From NCBI GenBank assembly GCA_049578105.1, contig JBAULI010000017.1:3-64002 (forward strand): DNA of 64,000 nt, in the 5' to 3' direction. Made by a program: the position numbers and the translations under genes. Each line of letters begins with the position of its first letter. The first letter of the stretch is position 1. The notes under the pieces were generated by a model. It worked only from the letters and a program-made list of their open reading frames with translations, was not told the origin of the DNA and ran no database searches. Of the stretch, positions 35,661-43,495 are shown piece by piece. The DNA comes from Acidimicrobiia bacterium. GTDB taxonomy: Bacteria; Actinomycetota; Acidimicrobiia; Spongiisociales; ZC4RG35.

Positions 35661-36523
35661 GGCACTATCTGGTCGAGTCGGGTGACGGCTATGTCGCTGG
35701 CTCCGAGCTGTTTCAGGAGAGGGATGAGTCGGGGCAGCTCGTCCCGAGGCACTGCGGCCTTCACCGCCATCCCCATGCCGCCGTGGAGTGGGGCGACGGT
35801 GGGCTCCCGCATCGCGGGGACGTTGGCGATGATCGCATCGAGATCCTCGAGCGGGACGTTGCACTCCAGCATGACCCTTTGTCGCGCCTCGAGGACGGAG
35901 CGAAGGCCGAGGACGAGGTCGTCGATGGGCTCCTTCTTGGCGGGGTCCGTCATGGCGAGCTGTGAGGCGTAGAGCCGGGTGGAGGACGTGAGCAAGACGT
36001 CGACGACGACGAGGCCATTGGCGGCAAGCGTCTCGCCCGTGGCCGTGTTGTCGATGATCACGTCGGCATCTTCGGGTGGGAAGACCTCTGTCGCCCCGTA
36101 AGAGTGAACGAAGTGGGCCGAGACGGCGCGGTCGGCGATCCACTGCCTGGTGAGACGCTCGTACTCGCTGGCCACCACCAGGCGCCGGTCGGGGAGCGCC
36201 TCTCCCTCCAGGAGGCCTTCGGGCACGGCAGCCACGATTCGCACCGGGTCCAGACCCGTGTCGAGCAACTCGACGAGGTCGGCCTGCTTCTCTGCAACCC
36301 AGTCCGCACCGGCAAAACCGATGTCGCGAGTCCCGGATGCGAGCATCTCCACGATGTTCTGCGGCTTGAGGAGCTTGACCTCGAAACCGGATTCCGAGAG
36401 CACCGGGCGATACCCCCTCTGACCGACGCGGAGGTCCATCCCGGCATCCCTGAACAGGGCAAAGACGCCCGACTCCATGCGTCCTTTGGGAAGGGCCATG
36501 TGGATTGTTGGCGTATCGATCAT
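35657..36523 (-). CDS. hisG: ATP phosphoribosyltransferase, long form with C-terminal regulatory domain
   Basis: 288 aa. …ALPKGRMESGVFALFRDAG… catalytic domain plus a C-terminal His-binding regulatory domain. Strong RBS GAGAGGAG before the ATG at 36523. Confidence 0.9.
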   Translation of the reverse strand: MIDTPTIHMALPKGRMESGVFALFRDAGMDLRVGQRGYRPVLSESGFEVKLLKPQNIVEMLASGTRDIGFAGADWVAEKQADLVELLDTGLDPVRIVAAVPEGLLEGEALPDRRLVVASEYERLTRQWIADRAVSAHFVHSYGATEVFPPEDADVIIDNTATGETLAANGLVVVDVLLTSSTRLYASQLAMTDPAKKEPIDDLVLGLRSVLEARQRVMLECNVPLEDLDAIIANVPAMREPTVAPLHGGMGMAVKAAVPRDELPRLIPLLKQLGASDIAVTRLDQIVP

Positions 36524-36556
36524 GTTGCTCCTCTCCGCCGATGCGGTCGGAGCCCT

Positions 36557-36590
36557 GGGAAACAGAAGCGCCGACCTCGTTGGTCGGCGT
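36557..36590 (-). terminator. his attenuator: Rho-independent terminator between the leader peptide and hisG
   Basis: Transcript sense: GAA-CGCCGACC-AACGA-GGTCGGCG-CUUCUGUUUCC. An 8-11 bp GC-rich stem, 5-nt loop and U-rich tail, 33 nt upstream of the hisG ATG. Confidence 0.65.
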
Positions 36591-36624
36591 TCAGAATGGT
36601 TTGAGTGTTCGCTTCAGCCCATCG

Positions 36625-36681
36625 TCAGCCGACCCGTGACGGGTGGTGATGATGGTGGAGGTGGGCGAACGTCGGGTTCAT
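36625..36681 (-). CDS. hisL: his operon leader peptide MNPTFAHLHHHHHPSRVG (18 aa, six His in seven residues)
   Basis: ATG AAC CCG ACG TTC GCC CAC CTC CAC CAT CAT CAC CAC CCG TCA CGG GTC GGC TGA, read on the minus strand. The 3' end GGGTCGGC can pair with the terminator 5' arm GCCGACC (antiterminator). Lies between a putative promoter and hisG. Confidence 0.65.
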   Translation of the reverse strand: MNPTFAHLHHHHHPSRVG

Positions 36682-36690
36682 GTGCCCTGA

Positions 36691-36718
36691 AGCATAGGGC
36701 GTGAGGCCCTGTCCGCAA
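36691..36718 (-). promoter_or_regulatory. Putative sigma-70-type promoter of the his leader (TTGCGG-N16-TATGCT), divergent from valS
   Basis: In transcript sense, TTGCGG ACAGGGCCTCACGCCC TATGCT ends 11 nt before the leader ATG. Motif match only. Confidence 0.3.
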
Positions 36719-36757
36719 CTCCCGATCCCGACGGGGGCCGGGTTACCCTTCGCCGCG

Positions 36758-39292
36758 ATGACGAGAAACATCCCGGAAAAGCCGAAGCTCGAGGGTCTCG
36801 AGGCCAAGTGGATGGATCGTTGGGAGTCGGAGGGCACCTATCGATTCGACCGCTCCATGGAGCGATCGCAGATCTTCTCGATCGACACGCCCCCGCCCAC
36901 GGTGTCCGGATCGCTACACATGGGATCTGTGTTCGGCTACGTGCAGACCGATGCAGTGGCCAGATATCGACGTATGACCGGGATGGAGTTGTTCTATCCG
37001 ATGGGTTGGGATGACAACGGTCTCCCGACCGAGCGCAGGGTGCAGAACTTCTACGGTGTCAGATGCGATCCGTCTCTTCCATACGACCCTGGTTTCGAGC
37101 CGCCGGACGCCCCTGCCGAACCTCCGACGCCGATCAGCCGGCGCAACTTCGTCGAACTCTGTCACGGGCTGACCGCAGAGGACGAGCAGGTCTTCGAGAA
37201 GACGTGGAGGAGCATCGGGCTCTCCGTGGATTGGACCCAGAGCTACGCGACCATCGACGAGCACAGTCAGCGGATCAGTCAGAAGGCCTTCCTGGCCAAT
37301 CTGCAACGGGGAGAGGCGTACTCACAGGAGGCGCCGGTCCTATGGGACGTCGACTTCAAGTCGGCCATCGCCCAGGCCGAGTTGGAGGATCGCGATCGGC
37401 CGGGCGCCTATCACCGGGTCGCATTTCATGGTGATGACGGAGCCCGAGTGTTTGTCGAGACCACCCGCCCGGAGCTGATCGCCGCCTGTGTGGCATTGGT
37501 GGCTAACCCGGACGACGAGCGGTATCAGGATCTCTTTGGGAGCACGGTCAGATCGCCTCTGTTCGATGTCGAGTTGCCGGTCGTGGGTCATGAGCTCGCC
37601 GATCCCGACAAAGGCAGTGGCATCGCCATGGTCTGCACTTGGGGGGATACGACCGATGTCACATGGTGGCGGGAGCTGGATCTTCCGACACGACCTGTGC
37701 TGCAGCACAACGGCCGTTTCCGTGATGACACGCCGGAATGGCTCGGATCGGGCGCTCCGCAGGCCGCCTACGACGCCATAGCTGGTCTCCACCCGAATCA
37801 GGCTCAACGAAAGATGGTCGAGATGCTGGGTGAGTCCGGGGATCTCGAGGGGGAGCCGCGGCCGATCACACATCCGGTCAAGTTCTACGAGAAGGGAGAC
37901 CGGCCGCTGGAGATCGTGTCGAGTCGTCAGTGGTACATCCGCAACGGGGGGCGTGACCCCCAGTTGAGGGATGAGCTGTTGCGACTGGGCAAGGAGCTGG
38001 ATTGGATCCCGGATTTCATGGCCGTTCGCTTCGAGCATTGGGTCAACGGTCTGAATGGCGATTGGTTGATATCCAGGCAGCGCTTCTTCGGTGTCCCTCT
38101 TCCGATCTGGTATCGGATCGATAGAGACGGCGAGATCGACTATGACCATCCGATCTTGCCCACCCTCGATGACTTGCCGGTAGATCCGACCTCGGACACC
38201 GCCCCCGGCTACGAAGAGGCCCAGCGGGGAGAGCCGGGTGGTTTCGTCGGTGATCCAGACGTCATGGACACGTGGGCGACGTCGTCACTCACACCGCAGA
38301 TCGCCGGTCACTGGGATGACGACCCTGATCTCTTTTCCCGCGTGTTTCCCATGGACATGCGTCCCCAAGGCCCCGAGATCATCAGGACTTGGTTGTTTTC
38401 CACACTGCTTCGATCGCACTATGAGCATGGTGTGCTGCCATGGGAGCACGCGACGATCAACGGGTGGATCCTCGACCCCGATCGCAAGAAGATGTCGAAG
38501 TCCAGGGGCAACGTGCTCACTCCCATCCCGCTGATCGAGGAGTATGGGGCCGAGGCGATCCGCTACTGGGCGTGCAATGGTCGCCCCGGGGTGGACACCG
38601 CGTTCGACCTGGGAGTTCTCAAGATCGGGCGTCGTCTTGCGACGAAGATCTTGAACGCATCCCGTTTTGCCTTGGGGTTCGGGGGCGACGAAGGCCCGGG
38701 AGCGATAAGCAACGAGGTGGATCGTTCGATGCTGGCCGCACTGGCCTTGGTGGTTCGCGAGGCCACCGCCGCATTCGAGGACTTCGACTACGCCCGCGCC
38801 CTCGAAGTCGCCGAGCGCTCGTTTTGGACCTGGACGGACGACTATGTCGAATTGGTGAAGTCGAGGGCCTACGAGGGGGGTGAGTCGGGCGCCTCCGCCC
38901 ATGCGGCGCTACAGCTGTCGCTGTCGGTGTATCTCCGTCTCTTTGCACCATTCCTGCCCTTTGTCACCGAAGAGGTGTGGTCATGGTGGAGGGAGGGGTC
39001 GGTGCATCGATCGTCGTGGCCGCAGACGAGTGAGCTCGAAGAGCATGGTGGCGATCCGAGGACCCTGGCTCTCCTGGGTGAGGTGCTCACTGCAGTCCGT
39101 CGAGCGAAGTCGGACGCCAGGCTGTCGATGCGAGCCGAGTTGGAGAGCTTGACCGTGGCGGGTAGTGACACAGATCTCGGTTTGCTTCGACAGGGAGAGG
39201 ACGATCTGCGTGCGGCGGCTCGCGTGGGTCGGGTGACGTATGTCGAGGGGGAGTTCGATGTGACTGCCGTGGTGGTCGACACCCCCGAATAG
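36758..39292 (+). CDS. valS: Valine--tRNA ligase (short actinobacterial/archaeal-type form)
   Basis: Class I motifs: PPTVSGSLHMGSVFGY (HIGH-type) and KKMSKSRGNV (KMSKS). Editing and anticodon-binding regions present. 845 aa from the ATG at 36758. Confidence 0.9.
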   Translation: MTRNIPEKPKLEGLEAKWMDRWESEGTYRFDRSMERSQIFSIDTPPPTVSGSLHMGSVFGYVQTDAVARYRRMTGMELFYPMGWDDNGLPTERRVQNFYGVRCDPSLPYDPGFEPPDAPAEPPTPISRRNFVELCHGLTAEDEQVFEKTWRSIGLSVDWTQSYATIDEHSQRISQKAFLANLQRGEAYSQEAPVLWDVDFKSAIAQAELEDRDRPGAYHRVAFHGDDGARVFVETTRPELIAACVALVANPDDERYQDLFGSTVRSPLFDVELPVVGHELADPDKGSGIAMVCTWGDTTDVTWWRELDLPTRPVLQHNGRFRDDTPEWLGSGAPQAAYDAIAGLHPNQAQRKMVEMLGESGDLEGEPRPITHPVKFYEKGDRPLEIVSSRQWYIRNGGRDPQLRDELLRLGKELDWIPDFMAVRFEHWVNGLNGDWLISRQRFFGVPLPIWYRIDRDGEIDYDHPILPTLDDLPVDPTSDTAPGYEEAQRGEPGGFVGDPDVMDTWATSSLTPQIAGHWDDDPDLFSRVFPMDMRPQGPEIIRTWLFSTLLRSHYEHGVLPWEHATINGWILDPDRKKMSKSRGNVLTPIPLIEEYGAEAIRYWACNGRPGVDTAFDLGVLKIGRRLATKILNASRFALGFGGDEGPGAISNEVDRSMLAALALVVREATAAFEDFDYARALEVAERSFWTWTDDYVELVKSRAYEGGESGASAHAALQLSLSVYLRLFAPFLPFVTEEVWSWWREGSVHRSSWPQTSELEEHGGDPRTLALLGEVLTAVRRAKSDARLSMRAELESLTVAGSDTDLGLLRQGEDDLRAAARVGRVTYVEGEFDVTAVVVDTPE

Positions 39293-39331
39293 TTGCCCGA
39301 TGGGCGCATCTAAGCTAGAGTTGCTGCAGCA

Positions 39332-39982
39332 ATGCAACAAGATACGATGTTGCGGGCTGCGGTCATCGGAGATGTCATAGGGTCCCGGCAAGCTGAGGAC
39401 CGTGAGCAGCTGCAGCAATCGCTTCGAATCTGCCTGGCGGGCGTGAACGAGATGGTCGAAGCGGTCCAGCCCCTGTCGGTGACCCTGGGCGACGAGTTCC
39501 AGGGAGCTTATCCGACGATGGGAAGGGCTCTCCGCGCCACGCTGCTCCTGCAGGCGACCCTGAAGGGGACGGCGGACCTGAAGATCGGGATCGGTTGGGG
39601 GGAGCTCTACTTTGGCGACGAGCGGACACCACTCGACCAGGACGGCCCATGCTGGTGGCGAGCGAGAGACGCCCTCGATTCACTGGGGGAACGAGCCGGG
39701 AGACATGGGGTCCCGCAGAGCCGAAGGACGGCATGTCTCACGGGGACCACAGCTGACGACCTCATCGGAGGGTATCTCACGGTGAGGGATCACATCGTCT
39801 CCGAATTGGATGCCTTGGACGGCCAAATCCTGAAGGGACTCGCATCCGGGAAGAGACAGATCGAACTGGCCGCCGAACTCGGCCTGAACAAGAGCTCGAT
39901 AAGCAGAAGGGTGCAGGGTCATGGGATTCAGTCTCTCCTTCTCTCCGTTCCCGACCGGCTGCCCCTGGAGGGCCCGGCATGA
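39332..39982 (+). CDS. SatD-family-like protein: N-terminal nucleotide-cyclase/GGDEF-like palm motifs plus C-terminal HTH
   Basis: AVIGDVIGSRQ and SVTLGDEFQGAY resemble the two metal-binding Asp motifs of class III cyclase/GGDEF palm domains. The C-terminus …ILKGLASGKRQIELAAELGLNKSSISRR… is a sigma-70 region-4-like HTH. The 12-bp palindrome TTGCTGCAGCAA overlaps the start codon. Confidence 0.5.
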   Translation: MQQDTMLRAAVIGDVIGSRQAEDREQLQQSLRICLAGVNEMVEAVQPLSVTLGDEFQGAYPTMGRALRATLLLQATLKGTADLKIGIGWGELYFGDERTPLDQDGPCWWRARDALDSLGERAGRHGVPQSRRTACLTGTTADDLIGGYLTVRDHIVSELDALDGQILKGLASGKRQIELAAELGLNKSSISRRVQGHGIQSLLLSVPDRLPLEGPA

Positions 39983-40332
39983 GCCATCAATTGAGCCGGT
40001 GGCTCGTGTGGGTCGTTGGAGCCGTCCTCCTGACATGGCCATCCAACGTCTTGGTCCGATGGCTGTTGGGGATGGCGCGGATGAGATCGCCGGCCGACCT
40101 GAACCGCGCCGGTCGATGGATAGGAGCTCTCGAGCGTCTCCTGATCTACGTACTGGTCCTGATGGGATCGGCGGCGGCGGCGGGGCTCGTGGTGGCAGCC
40201 AAGAGCATTCTCCGTTTCCCGGAGATCAGCTCGAAGCCGGCGACCATCGACCCCGAATACGTCCTGATCGGGTCATTGGCCAGCTGGCTGCTTGCCTTCG
40301 TCGCCGCTGGTGTGGCGCTCACCCTTACCTGA
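39979..40332 (+). CDS. DUF3307-like small membrane protein, translationally coupled to the SatD-like gene
   Basis: ATGA overlap with the upstream gene. 117 aa with 3 predicted TM helices (…WLVWVVGAVLLTW…, …LLIYVLVLMGSAAAAGLVVAA…, …IGSLASWLLAFVAAGVALTL). Confidence 0.5.
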   Translation: MSHQLSRWLVWVVGAVLLTWPSNVLVRWLLGMARMRSPADLNRAGRWIGALERLLIYVLVLMGSAAAAGLVVAAKSILRFPEISSKPATIDPEYVLIGSLASWLLAFVAAGVALTLT

Positions 40333-40349
40333 GTTGGATCAGGGCTGTT

Positions 40350-40514
40350 TCAATCCCGGTAGCCGGACGCCCTGATCGCTTTGCCCTGTTTGGTGGCCTT
40401 GTCCTTGGCCGCTTCCCGGCTCTTCTTGTCCCCGGCCGTGTAGTGGTATTTCTTACCGGCGTCGCCCCATTGGTAGTAGGGGCCGTCTCCGTCCTTGCCT
40501 CTGTGAACCGGCAT
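40350..40514 (-). CDS. Small basic hypothetical protein (54 aa) MPVHRGKDGDGPYYQWGDAGKKYHYTAGDKKSREAAKDKATKQGKAIRASGYRD
   Basis: Strong RBS GGAAAGGAG 6 nt upstream of the ATG. Lys-rich and without TM segments. Convergent with the DUF3307 gene. Confidence 0.5.
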   Translation of the reverse strand: MPVHRGKDGDGPYYQWGDAGKKYHYTAGDKKSREAAKDKATKQGKAIRASGYRD

Positions 40515-40618
40515 CTGTCGCTCCTTTCCACGAGTGTTGGATACCCGCGGCCCCCGGCCGTCAAAACCCGTGCGAGTAGCGCCGTTTTCGCCTCTTCGCC
40601 CACGGGTAAGAAGATGAG

Positions 40619-41104
40619 ATGAGCATTTCCCTGAAATCCGGCCAGCACCTACCTGATTACGGTCTGCCCGCATCGACCGGCCAGACTCTCACGACGGATT
40701 CGTTTCGAGGAAAGATGCCTGTCGTCTTCGTCTTATTTTCCGACCTCGAGAGTGACGTGAATGTCTCCCTTCTCGAAGACCTCAATGAGCATCTGTCCGA
40801 CTTTGGGTCGGAACGCTCCCAGATCCTGGGTGTGGTCAAGGAGGCCGCACGCACGGTTCGGAGTCGGACCGATGAGATGGGGATTCGATTCCCGATCCTC
40901 GCCGATGCGGCCGGAGAGATGTCACGGGAATTCGGGGTTGGATTCGCTGAGGAGGGTGAGCAGCCGGTGATTGTCATCGCCGATCGAGAAGGTCGGCTGG
41001 TTCGTGGCTTTGACCCAGCTCCCGTAGAGGGGCTCGTCGGTGCCGCTCTGACCACGATACGTGGCCTCGGCTCGGGTGCGGTGATGGCACACGATTCGAA
41101 ATGA
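40619..41104 (+). CDS. Peroxiredoxin-like (AhpC/TSA / Bcp-fold) protein with no cysteine
   Basis: …LPDYGLPASTGQTLTTDSFRGKMPVVFVLFS… and …IRFPILADAAGEMSREFGV…VIVIADREGRL… follow the Bcp/peroxiredoxin pattern, but the TPGC(T) peroxidatic-Cys motif is replaced by DLESDVN. The protein has zero Cys. Confidence 0.45.
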   Translation: MSISLKSGQHLPDYGLPASTGQTLTTDSFRGKMPVVFVLFSDLESDVNVSLLEDLNEHLSDFGSERSQILGVVKEAARTVRSRTDEMGIRFPILADAAGEMSREFGVGFAEEGEQPVIVIADREGRLVRGFDPAPVEGLVGAALTTIRGLGSGAVMAHDSK

Positions 41105-41270
41105 ACCAACGTCTTCCCGGGGCCCGCGATGACCGGCTCTGCTGTTCTCAGACATCGCGGCTCCCCATGGATAGGCATCGCCGTCTTGACCGGGGCCGAG
41201 ACTCACCTTCCTGCCCAGCGGCGCAGATGGCGATACCGTCGTCGTCGACCCTCGCCACCGAGCGTGACGA

Positions 41271-42254
41271 TCAGCGGGTGAAGACAGTCGTCCCGTTCCG
41301 GTCGGCAATCCGCAGACGCCCGGTGAGATAGAGGTGCTCCAGGTGTGACACCGTCTCCAGAAACGCCAGCCGACTCTCGAGTGGGGTCAGATTGGGCCGG
41401 AAGGACTTCAACATCACATCCCAGGCGGTCTCGTCGACCTCGTGCACCAGATCGGCCATGTCGAGCAGACGCCGATCGTGGTGGAGCAGGATCTGACGAG
41501 CTCTCTCTTCACCTTGGTCGATCAGCGTGCCATGGGCCGGGTAGGTGACGCCCACCCGCATCTCCACGATCCGGCTGAGGGACTCGAGATAGTCGCCCAG
41601 GGGGTCTCCCAGGCCCTCGTCCCACATGATCACCGGTGATATCCGGGGAAGGACATGATCACCGGAGAAGAAGATCCCGGTCTTCGTGTCGCGAAGACAG
41701 ATGTGGGCAGAGTCATGACCCGGCGTGTAGACGACCGCGAGTCGGCGACCCGAGCCGAGCTCGATCTCATCTCCGTCGGATACCGTGTGGTCAGGGGGGT
41801 CGATGACCGGCATGTAATCGGGACGATGGCCGATCTGGGTGGCAACCGTGGCGAGCATCGAAGACGGGACACCGTGTTTGTGGCCAATCCTGGTCAGCCG
41901 TTCCACATAGCCTGGTGTGTCGTTGTAGCGATCCACGAATCTGGCGGCCTGCTCGTGCATCACGAATCGACAACCCCATTCCCGGACGAGCCGGGATGAC
42001 ATTCCCACGTGATCGGGGTGGAGATGCGTAACGACCAGCGTGTGCACAGCTGATTCGTCGAGACCGAGGCTTTCGAATCCCTGACGCAATGCGTCCCTGC
42101 CCGGCTCCCAGTCGGTGCCACAATCCAAGAGGAGAAGGCCATCGCCGGCCTCGAGCGCATAGGTGTTGACCCATGCCGGGCTACGGAAGGGGAGAGGGGC
42201 AGGGATCAGATGGATCCCGTTTCCCAGGGATTGTGGTGGTGGCGGGGCGGTCAT
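41271..42254 (-). CDS. MBL-fold metallo-hydrolase
   Basis: …VVTHLHPDHVGM… (HxHxDH motif) plus downstream His/Asp ligands. Confidence 0.8.
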   Translation of the reverse strand: MTAPPPPQSLGNGIHLIPAPLPFRSPAWVNTYALEAGDGLLLLDCGTDWEPGRDALRQGFESLGLDESAVHTLVVTHLHPDHVGMSSRLVREWGCRFVMHEQAARFVDRYNDTPGYVERLTRIGHKHGVPSSMLATVATQIGHRPDYMPVIDPPDHTVSDGDEIELGSGRRLAVVYTPGHDSAHICLRDTKTGIFFSGDHVLPRISPVIMWDEGLGDPLGDYLESLSRIVEMRVGVTYPAHGTLIDQGEERARQILLHHDRRLLDMADLVHEVDETAWDVMLKSFRPNLTPLESRLAFLETVSHLEHLYLTGRLRIADRNGTTVFTR

Positions 42255-42305
42255 CGAGGTCGTCGGGCTCGAGCGGGCAGTCGAAACGGCGAAGCGGCCG
42301 CGCCT

Positions 42306-42530
42306 CTAGCCGTGCTCGACCGGGTCCATGATCCCGAATGTGATGTCGAGGGTCACGGAGAACACCGTGGGCGCACCGGAGTCGTCGACCTTGCCGCCGA
42401 CCTTCACCACTTTGAAGCTGTGGATATCCGAGATCGTCGATGCCGCCCGAGCCAGGACGGTGCGAACAGCGTCCTCGATCGACCCGCCTGCCTGGCCGGA
42501 GAGACGGATCGTCTTCGTTATCGATGACAT
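42306..42530 (-). CDS. Dodecin family flavin-binding protein
   Basis: 74 aa with …KTIRLSGQAGGSIEDAVRTVLARAASTISDIHSFKVVKVGGKVDDSG…FSVTLDITFGI, the dodecin pattern. Confidence 0.7.
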   Translation of the reverse strand: MSSITKTIRLSGQAGGSIEDAVRTVLARAASTISDIHSFKVVKVGGKVDDSGAPTVFSVTLDITFGIMDPVEHG

Positions 42531-42557
42531 GAAGCCTCCTGCCGTGACGGTAGCCGT

Positions 42558-43424
42558 TCAGAGAAGCGTCATGATCGAGTTGGCGACACTCGAGGCGCCA
42601 GGCCCCAGGAGCAGGGTGTAGTGATTCAGGCCGGTCAGCATCTCCACCCTGACATTCGGATTGCGGGACCGTGCCTCGGTTGCGGCTGCGACCGACATGA
42701 AGCCCCCGGGGCGATCCAACATGTCGTGGTCAACCACCACAACATGCGTTGGGACGGTGAGCTCGAAGACAGCCTTGTTGGCCTGCTCGTCGAAGAGCAT
42801 GTCGCGTCCACCATCGATGATCGCCTTGCCGTTGGCCCGGCTGACCACCGCTCCGTTCAGCTCCTCGGCGTCGTAAGAGAACACGGTGCTCAACCTGGGG
42901 ATCCACCGACCGGAGAACGCGGGATGGGATTGCCAGAACTCGAGGTAGTCGTCCATCGACGAGTATGTCCGATCGAAGCGGTCCAATGCGGGGCCGATCA
43001 GCTTCTTCAGGACCACCTCCGGGGCCTCGTTCTCGTCGAAGTCGATTGGGAGGCCCCCATCGAGGAGCACGACGCCACCTATTCGCCCGGTCCGGGTGCT
43101 GGCATAGAGAGCCGTGAGCCATGCCCCCATCGAGTAGCCAACGAGAACGGTCGTCTGGATCTCGAAGTGATTGAGGCAGGCGGAGATGTCGGGGGCAAGG
43201 GAGTCGAGGCCGAATGGCCCGGGAGCTTCGGAGCTCTGCCCCCGTCCCCGTAGATCGGGGGCGATTATCCCCAGTCCCTCGGGGAGGCTCAAGATGACGG
43301 GCAGCCACCATCTCGAGTTGCCGGTGAGGCCGTGGACCAGCGTCACGGTCGGGTTGCCGGGTATCGCCGGCCGATACCACACCGAGATTCGCCCACGGTC
43401 GACAGGGACAGAGGTGTCCTGCAT
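42558..43424 (-). CDS. Alpha/beta-fold hydrolase
   Basis: …TLVHGLTGNSRWW… (oxyanion HG), nucleophile elbow VGYSMGAW, C-terminal His. Confidence 0.75.
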   Translation of the reverse strand: MQDTSVPVDRGRISVWYRPAIPGNPTVTLVHGLTGNSRWWLPVILSLPEGLGIIAPDLRGRGQSSEAPGPFGLDSLAPDISACLNHFEIQTTVLVGYSMGAWLTALYASTRTGRIGGVVLLDGGLPIDFDENEAPEVVLKKLIGPALDRFDRTYSSMDDYLEFWQSHPAFSGRWIPRLSTVFSYDAEELNGAVVSRANGKAIIDGGRDMLFDEQANKAVFELTVPTHVVVVDHDMLDRPGGFMSVAAATEARSRNPNVRVEMLTGLNHYTLLLGPGASSVANSIMTLL

Positions 43425-43479
43425 GCCGGGGAAGAGACTATCCCGTCTGCTCGCCCCGTGGACTAGTCAATCGATTCGG

Positions 43480-43495
43480 TCGAACATATGTTCGA
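43480..43495. promoter_or_regulatory. LexA (SOS) box TCGAAC-ATAT-GTTCGA overlapping the dnaE2 start codon
   Basis: Same perfect 16-mer as at 16560-16575. The central ATATG contains the dnaE2 ATG (43488-43490). Confidence 0.75.

Noticed and set aside
33987-36143. 718-aa ORF extending the hisC-HAD gene upstream into hisG
   Set aside because: The real start is the ATG at 35660 (MRDVSAYETP…), overlapping the hisG stop. The upstream 161 codons are R/P-rich nonsense overlapping hisG in another frame.
41105-41270. 166-nt non-coding gap between convergent redoxin-like and MBL genes (possible sRNA)
   Set aside because: No convincing hairpin/terminator pair or conserved-looking motif. The ORF 41101-41331 is low-complexity. 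Nothing supports a call.
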